From a virus, in IMG/VR virus record IMGVR_UViG_3300027973_000003, positions 2,665 through 66,664 of that record: DNA of 64,000 nucleotides, one strand, 5' to 3'. Below the pieces are notes generated by a model. It made no database searches and was not told where the DNA came from. It was given only the letters and a program-made list of their open reading frames with translations. The first letter of the stretch is position 1; every line of letters starts with the position of its first letter. Of the stretch, positions 35,733 to 46,100 are shown piece after piece. A program made the position numbers and the translations under genes.

Positions 35733-36404
35733 ATGCCAGCATGGTCATACAGTAGCTTAAAAACATTTCAACAGTGCCCTAAAAAGTATTACCACTTAAA
35801 GGTTGCTAAGGATGTGAAAGACGACGGCAGTGAAGCTACTATCTATGGCAAAGAACTACACAAGGTAGCAGAAAATTACGTACGTGATAACGTACCAATT
35901 CCCGAGCGTTTTAAATTTATCCAAAAAACAGTAGATGCGCTTAAGAACATCCCAGGTGAGAAGCATACTGAGATTGAATTAGGTGTAACCAATACTGGCG
36001 GGAAACTTAGTGCCTGTGGGTTCTATGACAAAAATGCGTGGTATAGAGGTATTGCAGATTTACTAATCATTAACGGTGACGAAGGCTATTTGGTTGACTA
36101 CAAAAGTAGTAAAAATGCCAAGTATGCAGACTTAAAACAATTAGATTTATTAGCGGCGGCGGTATTTATACACTTCCCTGATATTAAGAGTCTTAAGTCT
36201 GCTTTGATATTCGTAGTTAGTAACGAATTTGTTAATAAAGAACACAGTTCACAGCACAAATTAGCTTATTTTGAGCACGTTCGGTTTGATTTAGAGCGTC
36301 TTGAAGTGGCTATGAAAACAGGGGTATGGAATGCAGTATCGAGCCCGCTATGTGGCTGGTGTCCTGTAAAAACATGCCAAAACTATAAAGAAAGAAGAAA
36401 ATGA
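35733..36404 (+). CDS. PD-(D/E)XK Cas4-like exonuclease
   Basis: WSYS...CP, G.ELH, IADL, VDYK, CGWCPVKTC. Confidence 0.85.
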   Translation: MPAWSYSSLKTFQQCPKKYYHLKVAKDVKDDGSEATIYGKELHKVAENYVRDNVPIPERFKFIQKTVDALKNIPGEKHTEIELGVTNTGGKLSACGFYDKNAWYRGIADLLIINGDEGYLVDYKSSKNAKYADLKQLDLLAAAVFIHFPDIKSLKSALIFVVSNEFVNKEHSSQHKLAYFEHVRFDLERLEVAMKTGVWNAVSSPLCGWCPVKTCQNYKERRK

Positions 36405-36781
36405 ACGACGAGAAAATGCCTTTGGTACTAAATAAACCTGATTTTAAATATGAATTTAATTCTTGGTTGCCAATTCAATTAACTGTTCAAGTCGGAGAAA
36501 ACGGACACAAAACAGAAGCCCAAAGCCTTATACATATCAGGACAGATAATGGTGGGTATCCTATGACTTTAGCAGTGCAAACAGGGGATTACTCAAATCG
36601 TAAATGGCAAGTAGTAGAAGATATATATGACATAGGTATTTTAGTAGAGGGCAGTTGGGAACGTCAGGGGCTTATAGAAGCTTTGCAACGGGCTGGCTTG
36701 ATGTTGATGCCTTATTACGGCAAAATGGATAGCAACCTACAGGAGGAAGAAAATGCCTTACAAGAACAAATCAGATCGTAA
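36401..36781 (+). CDS. hypothetical protein
   Basis: 126 aa ORF coupled to neighbours. Confidence 0.55.
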   Translation: MNDEKMPLVLNKPDFKYEFNSWLPIQLTVQVGENGHKTEAQSLIHIRTDNGGYPMTLAVQTGDYSNRKWQVVEDIYDIGILVEGSWERQGLIEALQRAGLMLMPYYGKMDSNLQEEENALQEQIRS

Positions 36782-37037
36782 ATACACACAAGCCACCGCT
36801 TACGAGGATACTCCTGAGCAAGTAAAAAATAGAGTTGCACGAAACAGAGCACGTGCCCAGTTAATGAAAGAGGGAAGGGTATCAAAAGGGGATGGAAAAG
36901 ACGTTGACCACATTAAGCCTCTCAGCAAGGGGGGCTCAAGCTCTAAAGGTAATCTCAAGGTTAAATCCGCTAGCAGTAACCGTTCGTTCAGTAGAAACTC
37001 AGACCACACGGTTAAGCGGAATGTCTCAAAAAAGTAG
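36753..37037 (+). CDS. small HNH endonuclease-like protein
   Basis: GDGKDVDHIKPLSKGG...NL...NRS; GGAGG RBS. Confidence 0.75.
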   Translation: MPYKNKSDRKYTQATAYEDTPEQVKNRVARNRARAQLMKEGRVSKGDGKDVDHIKPLSKGGSSSKGNLKVKSASSNRSFSRNSDHTVKRNVSKK

Positions 37038-38418
37038 CATCCTAACTGATTACGATTGGCCTGGAAAATACAAGCCTTTTGCACATCAGAAACAAACCGC
37101 TGATTTTTTAACACTTAACCGAAAAGCCTTCTGTTTTAACGAACAGGGTACGGGTAAAACGGCTAGCGTAATATGGGCATGCGACTACCTCATGAATCTA
37201 GGGGTAATAAAACGTGTGCTTGTTATTTGCCCGTTATCCATTATGAAATCAGCGTGGCAAGCCGACCTATTTAAATTTGCTATACACCGCACATGCGATG
37301 TAGCTTATGGCGAAGCTAAAAAACGCAGGAAGATAATTGAAGCTGGCGCAGAGTTTGTCATTATTAACTTTGATGGGGTAGAGATTGTTAAAGAAACCAT
37401 ATTAAAAGGTGGTTTTGATTTAGTTGTAGTTGATGAGGCAAGTGCCTATAAGAACGCACAAACAACCCGCTGGAAGACCCTTAAAGAAGTAGCTAACAGC
37501 GTTAAAGGCATGTGGATGCTTACTGGTACTCCAGCAGCCCAATCCCCCGTAGATGCCTATGGTTTAGCAAAGATTATCAACCCTGATAAAACCCCTAAAT
37601 TCTATGGTCAGTTCCGTGACCAAGTTATGTATAAAGTTGGCATGTATCGCTGGCTACCTAAACCCCAAGCTCAGCAAGTTGTACATACAGTATTGCAACC
37701 CGCTATACGGTTTGAGAAAGACCAATGTCTAGACCTACCCGATGTAACCTTTGTAGAACGGGATGCCCCCCTAACTGCCCAGCAAATGAAGTATTACAGA
37801 TTGCTTAAAAAACAAATGGTTATGTCAGCCGATGGTGAGCAAGTAACTTCTGTAAACGCAGCGACTAATATCAACAAGCTTCTTCAGATCTCTGGCGGTG
37901 CAGTGTATACGGATACTAGAGAAGTTATAGAGTTTGATGTATCCAACAGATTACGTGCAATCCAAGAGGTTATTGAAGAGGCTTCGCACAAGGTCCTGGT
38001 CTTTGTTCCGTTTACTCATACTATAGAATTGCTAAAGGCATACCTTACCAAAGCAGGCATAACGTGTGACGTTATTAATGGGCAAGTTAGCGTTAATAAA
38101 AGACACGAAATAATCAATGACTTTCAAGAAACAGATAAGGTGCAAGTGCTTATCATACAGCCCCAAGCTGCGTCACATGGGTTAACCCTTACAGCCGCCA
38201 ACGTAATAATTTGGTACGCTCCTGTGACTAGTGTAGAAACATATCTACAAGCTAATGCACGTATTAACCGCCCTGGACAAAAGAATGCTATGACAATCGT
38301 GCATATAAAAGGTAGCGAAGTTGAAGCTAGACTGTATAGCATGTTGTCTAGTAACATAGACAACCACGTAAAAATAATAGACTTGTACAGGCAAGAAATT
38401 ATTTCTGATATAGCTTGA
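37021..38418 (+). CDS. SNF2-family (SF2) helicase
   Basis: EQGTGKT, VVDEA, LTGTP, GLTLTAA, QANARINRPGQ. Confidence 0.9.
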   Translation: MSQKSSILTDYDWPGKYKPFAHQKQTADFLTLNRKAFCFNEQGTGKTASVIWACDYLMNLGVIKRVLVICPLSIMKSAWQADLFKFAIHRTCDVAYGEAKKRRKIIEAGAEFVIINFDGVEIVKETILKGGFDLVVVDEASAYKNAQTTRWKTLKEVANSVKGMWMLTGTPAAQSPVDAYGLAKIINPDKTPKFYGQFRDQVMYKVGMYRWLPKPQAQQVVHTVLQPAIRFEKDQCLDLPDVTFVERDAPLTAQQMKYYRLLKKQMVMSADGEQVTSVNAATNINKLLQISGGAVYTDTREVIEFDVSNRLRAIQEVIEEASHKVLVFVPFTHTIELLKAYLTKAGITCDVINGQVSVNKRHEIINDFQETDKVQVLIIQPQAASHGLTLTAANVIIWYAPVTSVETYLQANARINRPGQKNAMTIVHIKGSEVEARLYSMLSSNIDNHVKIIDLYRQEIISDIA

Positions 38419-38442
38419 CAATGTCAAACAGTGTGGTAGTAT
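38415..38442 (+). promoter_or_regulatory. middle promoter with TTGACA-A-TGTCAA palindrome over the -35
   Basis: TTGACA-N16-TAGTAT with TGn; same layout as the 31827 promoter. Confidence 0.7.
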
Positions 38443-38469
38443 GGAGGTGTGGTAACAAAGGAGCTAAAC

Positions 38470-38877
38470 ATGGACAATTTGCACGAAGTACCAGCTGATA
38501 TATTGGCTGAAACATATATAAAAATAAGAGATAAAAGAGCCGAGTTAAAAGAGCAATTTGAATCTCAAGATGAAGCATTAAAAGAGCAACAAGATTTATT
38601 AGCAGAAGAAATGCTAGAGGTTTGTTATGAGAATAACGCCGATAGTATTAAGACACCAGCAGGGACAATTATTCGTAAAGTGGATACACGGTACTGGACG
38701 ACTGATTGGGATTCTATGTATCAGTTTATTGAAGAACATGATGCATACCCCCTGCTCGAGAAGAGATTGCATCAAACCAATCTTAAGCAGTTTCTCGAAG
38801 AGAATCCCGAACTGTTACCTGCTGGTTTACAAGCAGACAGAAAATACACCGTGGTCGTTAGAAGGAGCAAATCATGA
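38470..38877 (+). CDS. conserved replication-module protein
   Basis: AAGGAG RBS; YIKIRD...SIKTPAGT...DWDSMY...LLEKR. Confidence 0.7.
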   Translation: MDNLHEVPADILAETYIKIRDKRAELKEQFESQDEALKEQQDLLAEEMLEVCYENNADSIKTPAGTIIRKVDTRYWTTDWDSMYQFIEEHDAYPLLEKRLHQTNLKQFLEENPELLPAGLQADRKYTVVVRRSKS

Positions 38878-39758
38878 GCAACATTTCTATTTTTAAACAA
38901 GAGTCATCCCCTGTAGCTGGTCGTGAGGTTAGTGAATTATCTAAATCACTAGCTGGTAATGGTGGTACTTCCCGTCGTATTACTATGTCTAAAGGTGTGT
39001 TTCGTCGCATCGTAAATGGCAAAGAAGCGGGTAAGATTAAAGGCGGTAGTATGAACGTCATTGTTGTTAATGCGTTACCTAAAGTATCTCGTCAATACTA
39101 TGCATCTTCATTTGATCCTGATGCGGCGCCTACTCTGCCAGACTGCTGGTCAAACCTAGGTGATGTACCTGACCCTAAAGCTGCTAACCCACAAGCATCA
39201 AGCTGCGCTAATTGCGAACAGAACATTGATGGCTCAGGCACAGGCGGTAAAGGTCGTGCATGTCGTTTTAATCGTCGTGTAGCCGTATTGCTTGAAGGCG
39301 ATATGAGTGGCGAGGTATACCAATTTAATATCCCTGCTAAGTCTTTGTTTGGTAAGGGCACTGGTAACACCCACCCATTTGAGAGCTATATTAAGTTCTT
39401 GCCAGCTAACGGCGAAAGCATTGATCGAATCATTACTCAGATTTCTTTTGATGAAGATGAAACTGCTGACGTATTAAAGTTCACTCCTGTACGTCATTTA
39501 AGCAATGAAGAAATTGATGTTGTAGAAGAAGCTCAACAAAGCGGTGACAGCAAACGGGTTATTCAGTTAACCGTAGCTCAGCAAGATGGTGTTGTTAAGC
39601 TACCCCCAGCAGCTAAAACTCCAGCGGTTGCTAGAGAAAAGGTTGAAGTTGAAGAAGTACAAGAGCCTGTTAAACGTCCGTCTAAGAAAGCAGAAGCGCC
39701 CTCTGCTACACCTAAAGCTGCATTGGCTGATGTAATTAGCGCTTGGAGTGATAACTAA
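38874..39758 (+). CDS. putative ssDNA-binding/annealing protein with Cys (Zn) motif
   Basis: PDCWS...CANC.QN..GS...ACR; replication-operon position. Confidence 0.55.
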   Translation: MSNISIFKQESSPVAGREVSELSKSLAGNGGTSRRITMSKGVFRRIVNGKEAGKIKGGSMNVIVVNALPKVSRQYYASSFDPDAAPTLPDCWSNLGDVPDPKAANPQASSCANCEQNIDGSGTGGKGRACRFNRRVAVLLEGDMSGEVYQFNIPAKSLFGKGTGNTHPFESYIKFLPANGESIDRIITQISFDEDETADVLKFTPVRHLSNEEIDVVEEAQQSGDSKRVIQLTVAQQDGVVKLPPAAKTPAVAREKVEVEEVQEPVKRPSKKAEAPSATPKAALADVISAWSDN

Positions 39759-39990
39759 AGTGAGCTTAGGGTACAGTGCCAATACTATTTTGCTAAACAA
39801 AAAAGCAGATGTGAATCGGCTCGGTGTATCGCTTGGTAGGGCTGCTATAAAAAAAGGTGTATCAGTAGTTGATATTGCATCGTCATTAAGTGTAAGTCGA
39901 CAAACTGTATATAACTGGTTCGTGGGGGCTTACGACCCTAAAGCAGACCAAGCCAAGAATATTGCCAAACTACTAGCAAGACTTAAGTAA
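39748..39990 (+). CDS. Cro/XRE-like HTH regulator
   Basis: SVVDIASSLSVSRQTVYNWFVG; start uncertain. Confidence 0.75.
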   Translation: MITKVSLGYSANTILLNKKADVNRLGVSLGRAAIKKGVSVVDIASSLSVSRQTVYNWFVGAYDPKADQAKNIAKLLARLK

Positions 39991-40012
39991 ACTGTAAGAC
40001 CGTGCAAACGGA

Positions 40013-40036
40013 GGGGGGAGTAGTCCCCCCATTTTT
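40013..40036 (+). terminator. terminator/attenuator before primase-helicase
   Basis: GGGGGGA-GTAG-TCCCCCC stem + ATTTTT. Confidence 0.6.
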
Positions 40037-40054
40037 AACAAAACGAGAACACAT

Positions 40055-42907
40055 ATGACTAACCTTGATCTATTAAACAGAGTGCTTGCCGAAGATGGCT
40101 GGTACGCTGTGCTTGGGATCAAAAATAAGTCCGTGATACAAAAGCTTGTTCAAACACGTGAAGAAGTAATTGAAACATCTGAAAAGTTTATAGCTGAAAA
40201 AAGAGATGTGTACTTCGGTTGCTCTAAGTTCGAGACCAGTGATAACCGCACAAAAGATAACGTAAAAGTAATTAAGGCATTTTGGATTGACCTTGATTGC
40301 GGAGAAGCTAAAGCGGAAGTTAACGAGAAGACTGGCAGACCTGATGGCTATATTGACCAAGCAACAGCCTTACAAGAGTTTAAAAAGTTTTGTGAGACTA
40401 TCGGACTACCCAAGCCAATCTTAGTAAATTCAGGCAGAGGCATACACGCTTATTGGCCTCTTAGTGCACCCGTAACACGTGCTGAGTGGGAACCAGTAGC
40501 TAATCGCTTGAATGAGTTGTGCGTTATACAAAAGCTATATGTAGATGCTTCCGTATTTGAAGCGGCTCGTGTGCTTAGGATTCCTGGGACGTTGAACTTT
40601 AAAGACGAACCACCTAAGCCAGTAGAAGTAATCGACATGAGCGCGGAAGATGTTGAGTATGAAGATATCAAAAAGATATTAGGTGTATCGGAGAAAGCCT
40701 TTCAGCCCAAAGTAACCCAAGAGTTATCTGAGTTACAAAAAGCCATGGCTGCCAATACTACATTTAAGTTTGGCAAAATTATGATGCGTAGTGCAAAGGG
40801 TGAAGGATGCGCCCAGTTGTTGCACTGCTATCAAAACCAAGATTCAATTAGTGAACCCCTATGGTTTAGCGCTCTTTCAATTGCACACCGTTGCACAGAT
40901 AGAGAAACTGCAATTCACAAGATTTCAGATAATCATTCAGACTATTCGCCTGAGGATACAGAAGCTAAAGCAAGCCACACAGAGTTTGCTCATACATGTT
41001 CAACATTTGAAAAACATAATCCAGGGGGTTGTGAAGGATGCCCTTGGAAGGGTCGTATTAAATCCCCAATTAATTTGGGTAGAGAAGTAGTTAAGGCAGA
41101 AGATACTGAGGTGGAAGAGACAGAATCAGAAGCTATTCAAAGCCTTTCTATACCTTCATACCCAAACCCATATTTCCGTGGTGGTAGTGGCGGAGTATAC
41201 ATACAGCCCAAGGAAGAAGAGGAAGATGCTCAGTGCGTTTATGAGCATGATCTGTATGTAGTCAAACGCATGAAAGACCCAGACCCCGAGATTGGTGAAG
41301 TTGTATTAATGCGGGTGCATTTGCCTGCAGATGGAATACGTGACTTTATTATTCCGCTAGCTATTGTTGGCTCTAAAGACAGACTTAGAGAAGCGCTGGC
41401 TACTAATGGGGTGCTAGGTTACAAAAAACAAAACGACCTAATAACGCATTACGTTATGACATTTGTCAAAACGCTGCAATACAAGAAGAAAGCAGAACTT
41501 ATGAGAACACAATTTGGATGGGCTGATAAGAACAGTAAGTTCATTATTGGCGATAGAGAGATTAGCAAGGATGGTATTTTCCATAGCCCACCGTCAGCTG
41601 CTACTAAGCAGTTTTCAGAACACATGCACCCTATGGGCACACTAGAAAAATGGAAAGAGGTGTTTAATCTTTACTCCGCCCCTGGTTTAGAACCGCATGC
41701 ATTTGCCGCTCTTACTGCGTTTGGGGCCCCTTTACTAAAGTTCACTGGACATAGCGGAGCAATCATAAACTTAATCCATAAAGAATCAGGTACGGGTAAA
41801 TCAACAGCTTTGTATATGTGCAACAGCGTCTACGGGCATCCCGATAAGTTAGCAGCCATTTGGAAAGACACGCTTGCAGCTAAGATGATTCACTTGGGTG
41901 TGATGAATAACTTACCGTTCACTGTGGATGAGATTACCAACATTAGTCCTGCAGACTTCTCAACCCTAGCTTATAGCATGTCCCAAGGACGTGGTGCAAA
42001 CCGTTCTAAGTCCAGCGCCAATGAGCTTCGCACCAACACAACCACTTGGCAGACTATGTCTTTAGCCAGTTCTAACGCTAGCTTCTATGAAAAACTAGGA
42101 GTGCATAAAAACAGCCCAGACGGTGAGATGATGCGACTATTAGAGTATCGGATACACCCAACCAATATTATCCCTAGCGCAGTTGCAAAGCAGATGTTTG
42201 ACCACCAGTTGAAAGAAAACTATGGACACGCTGGGGATATTTACTGTTCATATCTAGTTAACGAGTTGGAAGAAGCTATTGGCGGAGTACGTGCAGTCCA
42301 AGCCCGTATTGACCAAGAAATGAAACTAACAAACCGTGAACGCTTTTGGTCTGCTCTTATAGCTTGTAACCTTACAGGCGGAATCATTGCACGTAACCTT
42401 GGTCTAATTAACTATGACATGAAGGCTATATATAACTGGGCAATGACGATGTTAACTGAAGTACGTAATGAGATTGCACCGCCTACTAATAATGCTGGCT
42501 CTGTAATTGGTGACTTTATGAACCGCCATATGCGCAGTCTGCTGGTAGTAAACGATGAGGTAGACAAGCGTACCAAGATGCACTCTGTACCCCTACAGGA
42601 GCCCTATAGCAATGAGTTAGTAATGCGCTATGAGCCTGACACCAAGAAGTTATTTATCGTAGCTAAAGCCTTTAAAGCGTACTGCGTTGAGTTCCAAGTA
42701 GGTTACAGGGATACGCTAACTGAGCTGGGTAAGAACGGCACATACGTAAATGCTGGAAATAAACGCATGTCTAAAGGTATGAAGATTACATCGCCAGGGG
42801 TACATGCACTTGAGTTTGATTGCACCATCCCTGATTTTATTGACATCGAAGGCATCGTAGAAGCGGCTAAAGAAAATGCTAATAGAGAAGATAAGCTACA
42901 AAATTAA
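40055..42907 (+). CDS. primase-helicase (AEP-like primase + DUF927 helicase)
   Basis: WIDLD, VNSGRGIHAYW, RVLRIPGT, Cys cluster, Walker A SGTGKST, VDE. Confidence 0.85.
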   Translation: MTNLDLLNRVLAEDGWYAVLGIKNKSVIQKLVQTREEVIETSEKFIAEKRDVYFGCSKFETSDNRTKDNVKVIKAFWIDLDCGEAKAEVNEKTGRPDGYIDQATALQEFKKFCETIGLPKPILVNSGRGIHAYWPLSAPVTRAEWEPVANRLNELCVIQKLYVDASVFEAARVLRIPGTLNFKDEPPKPVEVIDMSAEDVEYEDIKKILGVSEKAFQPKVTQELSELQKAMAANTTFKFGKIMMRSAKGEGCAQLLHCYQNQDSISEPLWFSALSIAHRCTDRETAIHKISDNHSDYSPEDTEAKASHTEFAHTCSTFEKHNPGGCEGCPWKGRIKSPINLGREVVKAEDTEVEETESEAIQSLSIPSYPNPYFRGGSGGVYIQPKEEEEDAQCVYEHDLYVVKRMKDPDPEIGEVVLMRVHLPADGIRDFIIPLAIVGSKDRLREALATNGVLGYKKQNDLITHYVMTFVKTLQYKKKAELMRTQFGWADKNSKFIIGDREISKDGIFHSPPSAATKQFSEHMHPMGTLEKWKEVFNLYSAPGLEPHAFAALTAFGAPLLKFTGHSGAIINLIHKESGTGKSTALYMCNSVYGHPDKLAAIWKDTLAAKMIHLGVMNNLPFTVDEITNISPADFSTLAYSMSQGRGANRSKSSANELRTNTTTWQTMSLASSNASFYEKLGVHKNSPDGEMMRLLEYRIHPTNIIPSAVAKQMFDHQLKENYGHAGDIYCSYLVNELEEAIGGVRAVQARIDQEMKLTNRERFWSALIACNLTGGIIARNLGLINYDMKAIYNWAMTMLTEVRNEIAPPTNNAGSVIGDFMNRHMRSLLVVNDEVDKRTKMHSVPLQEPYSNELVMRYEPDTKKLFIVAKAFKAYCVEFQVGYRDTLTELGKNGTYVNAGNKRMSKGMKITSPGVHALEFDCTIPDFIDIEGIVEAAKENANREDKLQN

Positions 42908-43070
42908 TTGGAGAAACTTCAAGCAGGGGTACTCGTTCTTTATCCCTTGCTTAGATACGTCTGCAGCTGAAGATGAATTGCTACGTGTTACAAAAAGATT
43001 AAAGATGGAAATCTTTATGAAGGTGTCAGTTGAAGAGGGAATAAAAGGTTTACGGGTGTGGAGAATTTAA
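42876..43070 (+). CDS. hypothetical protein
   Basis: GYSFFIPCLD...GLRVWRI motif; last gene of the arm. Confidence 0.65.
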   Translation: MLIEKISYKINWRNFKQGYSFFIPCLDTSAAEDELLRVTKRLKMEIFMKVSVEEGIKGLRVWRI

Positions 43071-43082
43071 TCTATACTTTGA

Positions 43083-43160
43083 GCATGCAGTTTCTCGTCT
43101 GCATGTCCTCGGAAGAAGCTCCTTCCACACCTTAGCCCCCGCCTAGTGCGGGGGTTTTTT
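43083..43160 (+). ncRNA. candidate sRNA with anti-SD loops ending in an intrinsic terminator
   Basis: TTTACG-N18-TATACT promoter at 43049-43078, two hairpins and a terminator. Confidence 0.45.
43134..43160 (+). terminator. rho-independent terminator at the convergence of the two arms
   Basis: AGCCCCCGC-CTAGT-GCGGGGGTT + T-run. Confidence 0.85.
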
Positions 43161-46100
43161 ATTGTCCCTCTGGTACTGGGGCTGCCCGTTTAGCAGAAGG
43201 AAGCAAGTAAGGCAGTAACTTCTCATCCATATACTGACCACGGTAAGTTAAACCACGTTTCTTAGCATAATTCTTAAGTGAGGAGTCAATCGTATCTGCT
43301 TCAATCAAGAACTTCTCCATAGGGTAGCGTTTGTTGTATTCACGTATTTGATTAAATACAGTCTTTAACTCGCCAGGCCCTTTCTCCGCATCAAATACAA
43401 CCTCATCTAGACGTTTAAGTATTTCAGCACGTTTATTTTGCGCCTCAACAAGTTGTTTTTGCATTGCAAAGTTGTGTTCTTGTATGCGAGCAAGACGGCT
43501 AGATTGGAATCCAAGCGTTGTAGCTATTAAGTTAAGGGTGTTAATTTCTTCTCTCTTAAGCATATCCGCACCACCTTTTGTCTCCGCACCTTCTGTACCA
43601 ATACGATAAGCAGTTAAAGAACCTTTAAAGAATGCAGGTACAAGTTTTTCTAACCCACGAATAATACGTCCGTTGTTAAAATCATCAACTACACCAGTTA
43701 TATTTATACCTGTAGATACACCAGGACCCATATTAGCAATAATGTTGTTAATAACAGTTTCAGTAAAATTTCTACCTGGCTTAGCTTCTCTAAACCACAT
43801 GCCATCAAAAGAGGTACGGGAACCAATGTTAATGTCAGTTAAGGCAGATACAGGACCTTTCTCTAACATATCACTTAATCTGTGCTGGCGACCATCTAAA
43901 CCCGTTACCATGTTGTTGCCAAAGTATTTAGGTAAGAAATCATAGCGGAAACGTAAGTTTGAATCTTCTGCAGTTAATGGGTTCTTAGCACGTCGGGCTT
44001 TCTTTTCTTCGTCATCGCCACTAAAGAACGCATCAATAACGGAGCATATTAAACTATATCCAGGCATACCTACTAATCCGTGGAACATACCGCCCATGAC
44101 CAAGACGCCAGCTAAACGGTGCATAGCTTCAACACGTTGTTCTATAGGGGTAGAAAGACGAATAATTTGATAACCATTACGTAGGAAGAAAGACGTCATA
44201 AAGACTGCATACATCTTGAACTGCCCAACAGTTTTACCAAATGCGTTACGAAGAATACGTGGTCTATTAAAATTATCGTAACGGCCCAGAAGTTCATGTG
44301 TTGTATCTACTGCCTTATCCACAGACTTTTGAAAGTCTTTTGTTTTTGCGTACTCAAGTTCAAACGCCATCATGTAAGTTAATTCTCGGCTCATACGCTC
44401 AGAGCCATTAAACATAGCAGTTATACCGTTAAGGCCTACACGAAGTGCTGTTCCTGGCAAGTTCTTAAAAGAGGAATCTGGGGTACGGTTTCTGTTTGTC
44501 AGAACAGAAGTATTGGTAAGAGTAGTTACTTCTCTATCTATTGCGGCTTGAAAAGCCCGCTGCAAAATAGGGCTGCTTTTAACCATCTTAGAAGAACCCA
44601 TAGAAGGCGCAGTAAACTCTACGTCTCCATTAGCTTGTTCTTGGGTAATGCCCATAGACTTCCAAATTTGAGAGTACTTTGCAAACGCTTTAGCAGATGC
44701 ACCATAACCGTACTCTGCATTTAAAGAAGGCATAACCATAACAGGTACAGAAGCCATCTGAGTAGCAGCAGATGCCGCACTAGTAAGCAGCATAAGGAAC
44801 GCAAACTGATTAACCCTTGTTGCTATTTTTCCTGGGTCAGGCGGATTAATTTCTTCTTGCGCACGTTGGCTAAGCTCGTTTACAAACAACTCCATCTTGG
44901 CGCGTTCCATAGCGGGCATACCCTCTAAAGAATCTCTTGCGCGTTGGATTGAAGCTGTAATATCGTTTGCGTATTTTAGTTTAGACAACTGGTTTGCATA
45001 ACTAGTAGCTGAGTTTTTAAAGTTACGGAAGATATCAGATGTAAAACCAGTAACATTCTCAGAATGCAAGAACTGCTTACGGAAGCTACGCTCAGGCATA
45101 GTCATTAAGTAAGTTTGATAAAGCTGGTCTTTTAGTTCTTCTTTAAAAGCAGCATTAGCTTCTGCCGCTGTAGCATATTTACTAGAATCAAACTTAGGGT
45201 TTACTACTGTCTCGTCAATTGCAGCAAACATTTCTTGCAACATAACACTGCTATCTTGGAAGTCTTTACGTAAAGAAGTTATGTCATCCCCCGCTGAGAA
45301 ATTGGGGTCATCTATTTTTAAACCAAGTTCTTTAGATCTTTCTAATAAAAATTTATTGCGTTCTCTACCACTTTCAAATAAGTAAAACTCTCGTCCAGTA
45401 GGCCCTTTAGCTACACGTAACCAGTATTTGCCGTAGCGCAAGAATGGGAAATACTCTTCTGGCAATGACGGCAATTCTAGCCCATCATAATCTTCATCTT
45501 TTCCACCTTTGGTTTGCTCTTGCATTAAGCGCACTGACTTGAGCAACTTAGCTTTAGCGGCATCATCAATCTTTAAAGCGTCAATTTGGTCATTTAATAA
45601 AGTGCGGGTGGCAGTGTAATTATCAATGTAGAACTGGCGAACCATTTCATACATCTCGTGCCCACCCTTTTGCTTACCTAGGGCATCCCACTTTGCATAT
45701 ACTTTGTTAATACTGTTAATACGTCTAGTTCTTTGCCCTGTATAAGCTGCTTTTTGTTCTTTAGTACTATTTGGATTAGCTATAAGAGCATCATAGTGTT
45801 TAACGATAGGGTCTTGGGCAATATAAGTTGCAGCATCAGGTGCTTTGGTAGGGCTAACTTTTTCTAAACGGGCAGTATGCATAGCGTCAGCTAAAGTCTG
45901 CATACCATTTTTACGTACAAAAGCCCCTAACTTATCAGCTTTCTTAGCCGAAGCAGCTAACATTCTGGTGCGCATAGCAGACATTTCTTGCTGTAGCTTG
46001 TCTGATTCTTCTAAGCCAGGAATCTGATCGCCTTTCCAGCGCAGTATGTCTACTGTCTGCATATTAAAGAGCATGGCGCTGATAGCCTCATTGCCCATTG

